The notes under the pieces are model-generated. The model saw only the letters and a program-made list of their open reading frames with translations. It was not told the origin of the DNA and made no database searches. The position numbers were made by a program, and so were the translations under genes. Shown in pieces: positions 23,889 through 36,099 of a DNA stretch of 64,000 bases. The DNA is from Chiloscyllium plagiosum (Eukaryota): assembly GCF_004010195.1 (NCBI RefSeq), contig NC_057753.1, positions 7,374,130 through 7,438,129 of the forward strand. Direction: 5' to 3'. Positions within the stretch are counted from its first letter, which is position 1; each line of letters opens with the position of its first letter.

Positions 23889-24164
23889 GTTAGATTAGAT
23901 TAGTGTGGAAACAGGCCCTTCAGCCCAACAAGTCCACACCAACCCTCCGAAGAGTAAACTACCCAGTCCCATTTCCCTCTCACTAAAGCACCTAACACTA
24001 TGGGGCAATTTACCTGACCTGCACATCTTTGGACTGTGGGAGGAAACCCACGCAGACACGGGGAGAATGTGCAAACCCCACAGAGACAGTCACCTGAGGC
24101 TGGAATCGAACCTGGGTCCCTGGTGCTGTGAGGCAGCAGTGCTAACCACTGAGCCACTGTGCCA
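23889..24164 (-). mobile_element. tRNA-derived SINE (HE1/V-SINE-like)
   Basis: tggcacagtggctcagtggttagcactgctgcctcacagc..ggttcgattcc head. Tail ctaatctaatct. Confidence 0.9.
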
Positions 24165-24771
24165 TTTGGGGATAATGTGAAGGATAATGTGTATCTAACC
24201 AGTGTTGTATCTGCCTGGGCAAATTCCCATGAAGGACATTAGTGAACCAAATGGTTTCTGGTCCAGGGGCTTTCTTAGTTTCCACACGATTTGTCTTTTC
24301 TCATATCGATGTCTGACAGTACACAGAATGTCAAGATGATTGATTCCTCATAATTTCCAGACATGCTTTTGTTTTCTCTTACAACACATCTTTGGGAAAA
24401 GTAGAGCAACAGTTGCCATCTGAACAGAGACTGAGCATGTGCATTACCATCTTCACCCAGGAAGCAGAAAGGCAATGTTGTGCATTTATGTCGTGGATAG
24501 GGATGGATATTAGAAACTCCTCCCGCAGGGGGAGAGAAGAGGATAACTTGCATGCTGCAAATTCAGACCAAGGCAAGTGTTAATTCCCACTCGAATCCTG
24601 TTTTTTATCACATCCTTTAATGGGGTGTTAGAAGATTTGAAGACTGAGAGATTATTCTCTATCTCTGGTGTTTCTGATATCGCTTAAGATACAGGAGATA
24701 GCCAGAGATTTTAAAGTGAAATAAATTGTATCAGAGGTTAGAATTACTGAGTTTTCATTTACAGTTTAAAG

Positions 24772-25112
24772 CATTAGAACATAGAACAATACAGCGCAGA
24801 ACAGGCCCTTCGACCCTCGATGTTGCGCTGACGTGGGAACTACTCTCCTCTCGTCCCCCTACACTATCCCATCATTGTCCATGTGCTTATCCAAGGATTG
24901 TTTAAATCTCCCTAATGTGGGCTGAGTTAACTACATTGGCAGGTAGGGCATTCCACGCCCTTCCCACTCTGAGTAAAGAACCTGCCTCTGACATCTGTCT
25001 TAAACCTATCACCCCACAATTTGCAGTGATGCCCACTTGTACAAGCTGACGTCATCATCCTAGGAAGAAGACTTTCACTGTCTCCCCTAACTAATCCTCT
25101 GATCATCTTGTA
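24772..25112 (-). mobile_element. CR1 3' end
   Basis: Reverse-complement tail tagaacatagaac and ORF2 C-terminus (YKMIRGL..FFTQ). Confidence 0.85.
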
Positions 25113-25132
25113 TAGTGCTATGTTTTCTTTTA

Positions 25133-25440
25133 AATCCCTACATTGTGGAAACTGGCCCTTCAGCCCAACAAGTCCACACCGACCATCCGAACAGTAACCC
25201 ACCCAGACCCATTCCCCTATATTTACCCCTGACTAATGCAATTAACCTAGGCATCCCTGAACACTATGGGGCAATTTAGCCTGGCCAATGCACCTAACCT
25301 GCAAATCTTTGGACTGTGGGAGGAAACCGGAGCACCGAGAGAAAACCCACGCAGACACTGGGAGAATGTGCAAACTCCACACAGACAGTCGCCTAAGGCT
25401 GGAATTGAACCTGGGTCCCTGGCACTATGAGGCAGCAGTG
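25133..25440 (-). mobile_element. tRNA-derived SINE, head truncated
   Basis: Same body as the other SINE copies. Confidence 0.85.
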
Positions 25441-26213
25441 AGGTGCTGCATTTTGGAAAAGGTAAATCAGGGCAGGTCCTTTACACTTAATGGCAAGGTC
25501 CTGGAGAGTGTTGTTGAACAAAAAGACCTCTGAGTGCAGGTTTGTCGCTCCTTGACAGTGGAGTCGTACACAGGGAGAGTGAAGAAGGTGTATGGTATGC
25601 TTTCCTTTATTGCCCAGAGTGTTGAGAAAAGGAGTTGGGAGGTCATGTTGCAGCTGTAGAGGGCAGTGGTAAGGCTACTTTTGGAATATTGTGTGCACTT
25701 CTGGTCTCCTTCCTGTAGGAAGGATGGTGTGAAAGTTGAAAGGGTTTCAGAAAAGATTTACAAGTTTGGAGGGTTTCAGCTATAGTAAGAGGCTGAATAG
25801 GATGTGGCTGTTTTCCCTAAAGCATTGGAGGCTGAGGGGTGACCTTATGGAGGTTTCTAAAATCATGGCGGGCATGGATAGGGTAAAAAGACTAGGTCTT
25901 GCCCTGTGGTGGGGGAGTCCAGAACTAGAGAGCATAGGTTTAGGATGAGAAGGGAAAGATATAAAAGGAATCTAAGCGGCAACTTTTTCACGCAGAGTGT
26001 GGTGCATGTATGGAATGAGCTGCTAGAGGAAGTGGTGGAGGTGGTTACAATTACAACATTTAAAAGGCATCGGGATGGGTATATGAATAGGAAGGGTTTG
26101 GAGGGATATGGGCCGGGTGCTGGCAGGTGGGACGAGATTGGGTTGGGATACCTGGTCGACATGGACAAGTTGGACTGAAAGGTCTGTTTTTGAGCTGTAC
26201 ATCTCGATGACTA
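25441..26213 (+). mobile_element. CR1 3' fragment
   Basis: VLHFGK..RLRGDL..FFTQSVVHVWNEL. Tail ctcgatgact. Confidence 0.88.
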
Positions 26214-26231
26214 TGTGAAATACGCCGAGAT

Positions 26232-26326
26232 CAGACGTCCACAAAATCACATAAGGCTGAAAATATCCAAGTAATTCCATCCATTATTTGGATATTTTCA
26301 GGATTATGTGATTTTGTGGACGTCTG
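26232..26326. repeat. 95-nt near-perfect inverted repeat (44-bp arms, 7-nt loop)
   Basis: cagacgtccacaaaatcacataaggctgaaaatatccaagtaat / attatttggatattttcaggattatgtgattttgtggacgtctg: 2 mismatches plus 1 G-T. Confidence 0.95.
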
Positions 26327-26362
26327 TTCAATATTCTGTTCTCTTTTTCAAAGCTTTTTCAG

Positions 26363-27400
26363 GAAAGCACGTGACTTTGGATGAGCAGACAAACAATATC
26401 GTCCAAGGACGTAAGAAATTATTTCCCTTGTTCCTGGAAAGAGAAAATCTAGCTTTGAGAGGGCCAGGGGTGTATGTCAGTGTTTGCCTCGCAAGTTACA
26501 CAGACTCAGAAATTAGAAGTGGAGAAGACACTCTTATAACCTCTAATTTGTCACACCAGAGATATACTGTTGAATGGTGGAGACTGTGGAGAAAGATTCC
26601 AATACTTGTCTGTGCTCGAAATTGATCATAGTCAAACTGGGGAGAGACAATTCACCTGTACAGAGTCTGGGAAGGGACTGTTTCAGCCACCTACATTATT
26701 GAAACACAAATGAGTTCATACTGGGGAGAGGCCTGCCCAGTATGTGGGATGTGCCGTAAAAGTTCCAGCAATGTAATGACCCATCAACATGTTCGCACTG
26801 ACGAGAGACCTTTTAAACAGATGGATTTTAGGAAGTACTATAAAGGTTCATGGGAATTGGCTGCCCATCAACGTGTTCACATTGGGGAGAGACTGTTCAC
26901 AGGCTCTCTCTGTGGGACTGGGCTCAGGTGATCATTTGAGGAGAAAGTGAGGACTGCAGATGCTGGAGATCAGAGCTGAAAATGTGTTGCTGGAAAAGCG
27001 CAGCAGGTCAGGCAGCATCCAAGGAACAGGAGAATCGACGTTTCGGGCATAACGTCAATTCTCCTGTTCCTTGGATGCTGCCTGACCTGCTGTGCTTTTC
27101 CAACAACACATTTTCAGCTCAGGTGATCATTTGACCTCCCTGAACATAGGTGAATTCACACGACAGAGAGGCCCTTCACCTGCTCCAATTCATTGGATCC
27201 TGTTGCCTGGTGGCACACCAGCAAGTTCACCCTGAGGAGAGACTGTTTACATAATGTGTGTGTATTTGGGTTCAGGCAATTGTCTCAACTCACTGCACAC
27301 CAGTGACGTCACTCTGGGGAGAGGCTGTTTGCTTGCACCGAGTGTGGGAAGAGATTCACTCAGACTTAGAACCTTCTGAGACACTCAGTACACACATTAT
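26363..27400 (+). pseudogene. C2H2 zinc finger pseudogene
   Basis: Degenerate fingers and linkers (actggggagagacaattcacctg; CGMCRKSSSNVMTHQHVRTDERPFK; ttgcaccgagtgtgggaagagattcactcag) with stops and frameshifts. AATAAA at about 27493. Confidence 0.85.
26940..27116. mobile_element. Short palindromic Penelope-derived insertion with 18-bp TSD
   Basis: gctcaggtgatcatttga at 26922-26939 and 27117-27134. Internal hairpin 26973-27120 centred on a hammerhead half-motif (minus: atgcccGAAACGTCga). Confidence 0.8.
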
Positions 27401-27579
27401 TTAAGGAGTTGGATTTTTCTGTTAATTACTTCCAGGACTGAGCCGTGTTCATTGCTTTTCTTTGTTACTGATTTTCAGTGTTAATAGCCATGAATAAAAG
27501 TTAAATAAATCAGCTTTGTGTTAAACACATCCTGTGTTGAGACTTTATATCTTGTGAAATAATTTAGTAACTTTTGTAG

Positions 27580-28070
27580 AACTCTTCCCCTCTCCCCAGT
27601 CTCTTCAAGACTCACCTTCAATGAATGAGGTGTACGCTCTGTCAATGAGCTTCCAGCTCAAATGGAGAACAACTTTCCCTTGTACAGTCATCACATTTCC
27701 ACAGTTTCACATTGGTGTGGCTTCCTTTATGTAGGTTTTATGATCATTTGAAGTGTTGGATAGACACAGAACACTATACTTCTGCATTCTGCATGGCACA
27801 ATGTTTAATGTGGCTATGTAATGAGTCAAAGCTCTCCCCACAGTCAGTTCAGTCGAAAAATATCACTTGGAGTTTTGTGTCTTGGTGCTTGTCCTGTCAC
27901 ACTGATGTTTAAATTCTTTTGAGGACAAAACAGACAAATATCTTTCCTTCTCGATTGATATTTTGGTCCCAGTGGCATTCAGTGACTGTCAGATCTGGAT
28001 GAGATGTTTGGTTTGAGATTTTGTTTGCATGTTCTGCAATTTCCTCCTCCCCCTTCCTATATCCTGTGGA
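27580..28070 (-). pseudogene. Highly degenerate C2H2 zinc finger exon (minus strand)
   Basis: Minus strand: acceptor ..gtccacAG, then gactgtggggagagcttt and gtgaaactgtggaaatgtgatgactgt (KLWKCDDC), resembling the first finger of the other paralogues. Confidence 0.55.
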
Positions 28071-28159
28071 CACATATTTAACAAGTCAACATTTTCAATA
28101 TAGGACTTCAGAACAGGTCACTTTATTTCCTCTGATATACTCCCCCTATTCTCATACTG

Positions 28160-29695
28160 ATTTGGAGGTGCCAGTGATGGACTGGGGTGTACAAAATTAA
28201 AAGTCACACAACACCAGGTAAGAGTCCAACAGTTTTATTTGGAAGCACTAGCTTTCAAAACACTGCTCCTTCATCAGGTGGTTGTGGAGTATTAGATCAT
28301 AGGGCACAGAATTTATCGCAAAAGTTTACAGTGTAATGTAACTGAAATTATCTGTTGAAAAAGACCTGGATTGTTTGTTAAGTCTCTCATCTTTTAGAAT
28401 GGACATGTTGGTTTCAGTTCTTCCCTGTGTGAATCTCAGAGCTTTCTTAAAGTTACATTCTCGAGTGAACTTTAACAATAGGTGTCATGTTGGTCCAGAT
28501 AATGCACTGAAAGTGTGAGGTGCCCTGTATAAGGCTGTCTGTGCCCCAATGTTCAGACTGATTTTAATCTAAAAAAGGGATTTACAGAATCTTATATGGT
28601 TTAATGCAGTTTTTGAGTAAAATGTAATTCTGCAAGTACAAATTCATCCCACAAACGTGTGTGTGTGTGCAGGGATTATGAGTGTCTGTGAGAGTGTATG
28701 TGTGTGAGTGTAAAGGGATATAAGTGTGTGAGGGGTTGCATGAGTGCGTGAGTATGGGAATGTATGAGAGAGCTGTGTATGAGCGAGAGTCAGTGTGAGT
28801 GTATGGATCTGTAGGGGTGTAGGTGTGCCTGTCTGTCTGTGAGCCTGTGTCTGTGTAGTGCAGTGGGTCGCCTGTAGTGTGACGTGAACCCAAGGTCCCA
28901 GTTGAGGCCGTCCCCATGGGTACCGAACTTGGCCATCAACCTCTGCTCGGCCACTTTGCGTTGTTGCCTGTCTTGAAGTCCGTCTTGGAGGATGGTCACC
29001 CGAAGGTCCGGGGTCAAATGTCCCTGAACGCTGAAGTGTTCTCCAACTGGATGGGAACACTCCTGTCTGTTGATTGTTGTGCGGTGCCCATTCATCCGTT
29101 GCCGTAGCCTCTGCTCATTCTCACCAATGTACCATCCTTGCCTGCAGCGTAAGAGATAGACAACATTGGCGGAGTCACATGAGTACATGTCACGTACATG
29201 GTGAGTGTTCTCCCCACACGTAATGGTGGTATCCGTGTCGACACTCTGACATGTCTAACTCTGACAGACGTACCCTTTACACTCACACTCTCACACATAC
29301 ACACTCTCACTCACACACGTAAGTTTGTGGAGTGAATTTGTACTTGCAAAATTACATTTTACTTTGCTCAAAAACTGCATGAATCCATGTAAGATTCTGT
29401 CAATCCCTTTTTAGATTAGAATCAGTCTGAACATTGGGGCACAGACAGCCTCATACGGCACCTCACGCCTTCGATGCATTATCTAGGCTGATGTGAAACC
29501 AATTGTTAAATTTCACTTGAGAGACTTAACAAACAATCCAGGTCTTTCTCAATATATAATTTCAGTTACGTCACATTGTAAACATTTGGTATAAATTTTG
29601 TGTCCTATGATCTTGTACTCCTCACTTGAGGAAGGAGCAGCTAGTGCTTCCAAATAAACCTGTTAGACTATAACCTGGTATTGTGTGATTTTTAC
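28160..29695 (-). mobile_element. Penelope-like element (family A), inverted pseudo-LTRs around a GIY-YIG endonuclease fragment
   Basis: ORF 28790-29188: CDSANVVYLLRC..WYIGE..RLRQRMNGH..VGEHF..AEQRLMAKFGTH..GLN. Arms 28200-28670 and 29280-29695 are inverted. Hammerhead motif at 28246-28280 (-). Confidence 0.88.
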
Positions 29696-30439
29696 CATTC
29701 CCATACTGGTCTCCTCATATCCCCATTCTCCTAAAGGAGCGGATTCACACTTTTTGGCGGAACTCATCTGTTCCCATGGTGCACAGGGAAATCACAGGAG
29801 TGCAAACAGGTGCGAGATTCGTTCATATGATCAAAACAAAATGCCCAGTGTTTTTTCCTCCTTAGCAGATAATTCCAGCTTCAGAGTCCTCTACATTAAC
29901 ATGGGGCTGGTGAGTAGGATTGGCTGCGATCCAGGGGTTGGAAAAGTGTTTTCATTGACACATGTTGGGAGACAGGAGGATGTTTTATTGAATTTGAAGC
30001 TAGAACAAATGGAGTTGGTTTAAAATCAAACTTTTGTGACATCAAAGAACATCGGAACAGCAATAGGCCATCCAGCCCTGCGGCCACCCTTTGAAATTTA
30101 ATGCAATAATGGCTGATTGAACACTTGACTGTCTTTTACTCATTATTATCCCTGCAACATTTCATGTTATGTTACTGGGAATGAGGCATCTGTCAATCCC
30201 AGCTTTAAATATAGACAAGGACTGAGCTTCAACAGGTCTTTCTGAAAGAGAATTCCAATGATTCACAACTTTATGAATAAAGAAATTCTCTTCATCTCAG
30301 TCCTAAATGTCAGCCTGGTTATTTTTAAATGTTGTCCCCTGTTTCTGGACTGATCACCAACACAGGAAACATTTTACCTGCCTAAACCCCGTCTTGTCCC
30401 TTTAAATCTGTCCAGTCTTGAGAGATTCTGCAAAGGCAG

Positions 30440-30920
30440 AGATTTCAACCCCTGAGCTCAGCTCAGCCCCGCCCCTCGTTCACTCCGATTGGTTGGAGGA
30501 CCAGCCGTGTCAGTTCGGTCCTCCAGCCCCGCCCCCTCCTTCCCGTCGGCCCGATGCCGTGAGGCAAGAGCATGCACAGTGTTCCGACGTTCGGGTGGAA
30601 AATCATGGCGGATGCGGCCAGTTGGCTTGGAAGGGAGTGTGGACCCGGAGAGGTGGATGGGGAAACTCCACGCACGCTTCGAGGAAACTTCGGGGCCCGA
30701 ATGGGAAGCCGCTTTTGCAACGTTTGAACCGGCTGCTCGGCGCTGAGGCCCGGACCAACGGCCGCGACCTTGGCATGAGCACGTCGGGGTCTGTGCGCAT
30801 GCTCGGTCCTGTGGTGTCAGGCAACCATTCAAGGAGCTCTGTGCCCAAGCCCCGCCTCTCACTGTGACATCGGTGCCCAGATCGCGATTCGATTGGTTGG
30901 AGGATCAAAGGGAAGGGACG
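30440..30920. promoter_or_regulatory. CpG-island promoter with GC boxes and inverted CCAAT boxes
   Basis: High CpG. ccccgcccc at about 30467 and 30527, and gattggttggagga at about 30487 and 30891. Lies upstream of a zinc finger pseudo-exon. Confidence 0.7.
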
Positions 30921-31399
30921 CTGAGAGGTGGCTCCTCCCCCTTTCCTTGCCAGGGATGGAGAGAGCAGGCTGCAGGACCAGTGTTTCCAATGTGTCCTCC
31001 CCCAGGCTTCTCCCCAGGAACAAGCTCATCTTCATGGACTCCATCCCCCTGGTGATTTGAAAAAAAAAACCTGGCAGCATCTGCAGGGAGGGAAACAGAG
31101 TAGCTTTCCGATGTCCAGAATCCGCAGTGTTTTTGATTTCAACATTTGGATTTGCTTCGCAGTGCAGGGATGAGGAATTGTTTTGCGGCATGTGTTTGGG
31201 AGGTGGGAAGAGAGGAAAGCAAATGCTTCGGAGAAGCTGGAATACTCTGCCTTGAACTCTAAACCTGCTCTCTCGTTGAACCGTTTGGTTCCCAGGAAGG
31301 TGGGAACCCAAATATCTCTGAATGCAAATGCTTCAGCCATCAAGTGTGACTGAAAAAGCATCAAGCCCAAAACAGACCAGATTAAGTGTGTTTCATTGC

Positions 31400-32003
31400 A
31401 CTTGAGTGTGGAAGGAGCTTTAACTCATTATACAGCTTCAAAAAGAAACATCACACTGTGCACGCCAGGATATCCTCTACATGCGTTCTGTTGTTACAAT
31501 TGTTCAGCTAACCTGAAGAGACCCAAGGACACATGTGCCGTGGAGAAGGGTGAGGAATGTGGCAAAGGATCTGATTGCCTATACCTGTTTGAAATCCATC
31601 AATGCAGTGGGATTGGAGAAAGGCTTTTTTTTGTATGTGGAAACTCAATTACTCAATAATTCACTCAGTCATCTGGTCTTTGTTCACACCAGGAGAAGCT
31701 AATCTGCTGCACGTTCTGCGATAAGAGGTTCTGGTATTGTTCTGCTCTCACTGTGTACCGACACACAACGGAAAAACACCATTCAAATGCTCCAGTTATG
31801 TTAAGGGTTTCACTGATTTGCCCACCCTGCAAGCAGACCACCAAGTGTACACTAGGGAGAAAGCGAATGCTGTAAGTGTGGCAATGATCTCACTCAGTTA
31901 TCCATCCTGCAGATACACCGGTGACTTCTCTTTCTCTCTCGCACACACACACACACACACGGCTGTCACTTGCTCTGAATGTGGGATGAAATTCACTTTG
32001 TCT
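31400..32003 (+). pseudogene. C2H2 zinc finger pseudogene, truncated by CR1
   Basis: VEKGEECGKG..LFEIHQCSGIGER; HNGKTPFKCSSYVKGF; TCSECGMKFT. Frameshifted. Confidence 0.75.
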
Positions 32004-32004
32004 T

Positions 32005-35000
32005 GCCTAGGAGCAGCGGGAGACAGAGTGGAGGTGACTTGGAGACCAGGAGAGTGTCGGGAAGATAATGACTTAGTATATATTCCAGCAGTGGCTGGAC
32101 CCCAGATGCTACACTCCTGCCCTCTCCCCCTCAACTAGAAGAAAAGGACTCAGTAACATAATGTTTTTTAGTTTTTTTCTTTTCTTTCATATATTCAAAT
32201 GCATTTTTTGGTTTTAGTTAGTTGATATAAAGCTGAGGCTTACAATGGCAGAGGAGCTCAGACCTGTGGCATGTGTCTCTTGCTTGATGTGGGAGCTCAG
32301 GAATGTGGCTGACATTCCTGATTCTTACATTTGCAAGATGTGCGTCCAGTTGCAGCTCTTTTTTGACCGCATGACGGCTCTGGAGCTGCGGATGGACTCA
32401 CTGTGGAGCATCCGCGATGCTGAGGAGGTCGTCTTTTAACTGGTCATGCTGCAGGTTAGAATTGCTGAGTCCATGGGTGACCAAAAGGCAGAAAAAGAGT
32501 AGGAAGGCAGTGCAGGTATCCCCTGTGGTCATCTCCCTCCAAAACAGGTATACCGTTTTGGATACTTTTGGGGGAGATGGCTCACCAGGGGAAGGCAGCA
32601 GTTGCCAAGATCATGACACCGTGGCGGACACTGCTGTTCAGAAGTGGAAGAAAAAGATTTGTAGGGCCATAGTCATAGGGGATTCTATTGTGAGGGGAGT
32701 AGATACGGCGGAACTGTGGCTAAAAACGAGACTCTCGGATGGAATGTTGCCTCCCAGGTCAGGGATGTCACCGATCGGCTGCAGAACGTTCTAAAAGGGG
32801 AGGGTGAACAGCCAGTTGTCTTGGTGTGTATAGGCACTAACAATATAAGGAAAAAACATGATGAGGTCCTGAAAGCAGAATTCAGGGAGCTAGGAGAGAA
32901 TTTAAAAAGGAGGACCTCAAATGTAGTGACCTCAGGATTACTACTAGTGCCATGTGCTAGCCAGGGTAGAAATGAAAAAACTGGGCCGGATGAACACGTG
33001 GCTTGAGAGATGGTGTAGGAGGGAGGGGTTCAGATTTGTTGGACACTGGGACCAGTTCTGGGGAAGGTGGGACTATTACAAAATGGACGGTCTACATCTG
33101 AACCAGGCCGGAACCAATGTCCTTGTGGGAGTTTTTGCTACTGCTGTAGGGGAGGTTTTAAACTAATGTGGCAGGGGACTGGGAACCAGTAGAGGAGAAC
33201 AAGTAGGCAACGAGGTGGAGACTGTAAGAATCATAAAGATAGCATTAATAAGGGGATGAGTAGGCAGAGAGCAAATAAGCGCAAAAGAACTGGTGGCCTA
33301 AAGTGCATATACTTTAATGCAAGGAGTATAGTGGGTAAGGCAGATGAACTTAGGGCTTGGATTGGTGCCTGGGAGTATGATGTTACTGCGATCACAGAGA
33401 CTTGGTTGAAGGAAGAGCATGATTTGGCAACTGAATGTTCCAGGATGTAGATGCTTCAGACAGGACAGGGAGGGAAGTAAAAGTGGGGGGATGGAGTTGC
33501 ATTGCTGGTCAGGGATGATATCACGGCTGTGCTAAAGGAGCACACTATGGAGCGCTCAGGTAGTGAGGCATTATGGGTGGAGCTGAGAAATAAGAAGGGT
33601 GCAGTTACATTGTTGGGGCTGTATTACAGGCCTCCCAACAGTGAGCGTGAGGGAGAAGAACAAATAGGTAAACAAATTATGGAAAGATGTACAGGCAACA
33701 GGGTGGTGGTGATGGGAGATTTTAATTTTCCCAATATTGACTGGGATACACTTTGCGTCAGAGGTCTGGATGGGGCAGAATTTGTAAGAAACATCCAGGA
33801 GAGTTTTCTAGAGCAGTATGTCAATAGTCTGACGAGGGAAAGGGCCATATTGGACGTGGTGTTGGGGAATGAGCCAGGACAGATGGTAGAAGTTGCAGTG
33901 GGGGATTTCTTTGGGAACAGTGACCACAATTCTGTAAGTTTTAGAATACTCATAGATAAAGATGAGAGTGCTCCTAAGGGAAGAGTGCTAAACTGGGCCA
34001 AGGCCAATGATATCACAAATAGGCAGGAGCTCGGAAATGTGGATTGGACACAGTTATTTGAAAGGAAGTCCACATTTGAGATGTGGGAGGCTTTCAACAA
34101 TAGTGCAGGATAGGCATGTCCCGTTAAATGCAAAGGATAGAAAAGGCAAGATTCGTGAACCATGGATGACAGGAGAAATTGTACGACTAGCCAAGAAAAG
34201 GGAAGCGTACATAAGGTCTGGGCACAAAAGAACAGAATGGGCCCTGGAGGAATATCAAAAGAGTAGGACCAGTCTTAAACAAGGAATCAAGCAGACTAAA
34301 AAGGGTCATGAAATAGCTTCAGCGAGCAGAATTAAGAAGAATCCCAAAGCATTTTATTCTCATATAAGAAGCGAGTGGGTAACTAGAGAAAGGATTGGTG
34401 CACTAAAGGGTAATCAACGAAGGCTGTGTGTCGAACCTGTGAGAATGGGTGAGGTTCTGAATGTTTACTTGGCATCAGTGTTCACTGAGGAGAGGAACAT
34501 GATGAATGTTAAGATTAGAGATAGAAGTTTGATTCGTCTGGATCACGTTGACATAAGTAGGGAAGATGACTTGGGTAAGCTAGAGGTCATTAAGGTGGAC
34601 AAATTCCCAGGACAAGATGGGATCTACCCCAGGTTGCTGAGGGAGGCGAGAGAGGAAATAGCTGGGGCCCTGACAAATATCTTTGTGTCATCCTTAAACA
34701 CAGGTGAGGTGCCGGAGGACTGGAGGTTTGCTCATGTTGTCCCCCTCTGAACAAGAAGGGTAGTTGGGATATTCCAGGTAACTATATACCAGAGAGCCTG
34801 ATGTCGGTGGTGCGAATGTTGCTGGAGAAGGTACTGAGGAATAGGATCTATTTATATTTAGAAAAGAATGGGCTTATCAGTGATAGGCAACATGGTTTTG
34901 TGAGGGGGAGATCGTGCTTTACCAACTTAGTAGAGGAAGTGACCAAGTTGATAGGTGAAGGAAGGGCTGTTGATGTCATATACATGGACTTTAGTAAGGC

Positions 35001-36035
35001 GTTTGATAAGGTTCCCCATCGTAGACTAATAGTGAAGTCACATGGTGTGCAGGGTGTTCTAGCAAGGTGGATAAAGAACTGGTTGAGCAACAGGAGACAG
35101 AAAGTAGTAGTTGAAGGGAGTTTCTCGAAATGGAGAAAGGTGACGAGTGGTGTTCCACAGGGATCAGTGCTGGGGCCACCGTTGTTTGTGAGATACATAA
35201 ATGATCTGGAAGAGGACATTTGGTATGATCAGCAAGTTTGCAGATGACAACAAGTTTGGTGGAGTAGCAGAAATCATAAGGGACTGTCAGAGAATGCAGG
35301 AGAATATAGATAGACTGGAGAGTTGGGCGGAAAAATGGAAGATAGAGTTCAATCCAGGTAAATGTGAGATGATGGATTTTGGGAAGTCTAATTCTAGAGC
35401 AAACTATACAATGAATGGAAGAGCCTTGGGAAACGTTGATGAGCAGAGAGATCTGGGAGTGCAGGACCATTGGACCCTAAGGTTGCTGCACAGCTGGATA
35501 GAGTGGTCAAGAAGGCAGATAGGATGCTTGCCTTCATTGGACGTGCTATTGAGTATAAGAACTGGCAAGTCATGTTAAAATTGTACAGACATTGGCTCGG
35601 CCACATTGAGAATACTGTGTGCAGTTCTGGGTGCCACATTACCAAAAGGATGTGGACGCTTTGGAGAGGGTGCAGAGAATGTTCACGAGGATGTTGCCTG
35701 GTATGGAAGGTGCCAGCTATGAAGACAGGTTGAGTAGGTTAGGATTGTTTTCATTAGAAAAGAGGAGATTGAGAGGGGGACCTGATTGAGGTTTACAAAA
35801 TCATGAAGGGTATAGACAGGGTGGATAGGAAGGTTCACGAGGATGTTGCCTGGTATGGAAGGTGCCAGCTATGAAGACAGGTTGAGAAGGTTAGGATTGT
35901 TTTCATTAGAAAAGAGGAGATTGAGAGGGGGACCTGATTGAGGTTTACAAAATCATGAAGGGTATAGACAGGGTGGATAGAGATAAGCTTTTTCTCAGGA
36001 TGAGGGATTCAATAACGAGAGGTAACACTTTCAAT
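32005..36035 (+). mobile_element. Near full-length CR1 LINE (ORF1 Zn-finger/coiled coil + SGNH esterase; ORF2 APE+RT)
   Basis: ORF1 from 32245: VACVSCLMWE..YICKMC..MTALELRMDSL, IGDSIVRG, VCIGTNN, DGLHLN. ORF2: [47 protein letters not shown]. Disrupted by frameshifts. Confidence 0.95.
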
Positions 36036-36099
36036 AGGTTTTAATCATTCCCACAAACTGACATTCCATCAACATATGCATACTGACAAGAGGCTTTCT

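Noticed and set aside
23889..24164. tRNA genes (A/B boxes), also at about 1100, 3450, 25420 and 49400
   Set aside because: These are SINE heads attached to a shared body and a LINE-like tail, not full cloverleafs.
30418..31370. Overlapping 100-150 aa ORFs on both strands
   Set aside because: Expected in a GC-rich CpG island, and no recognisable domain.
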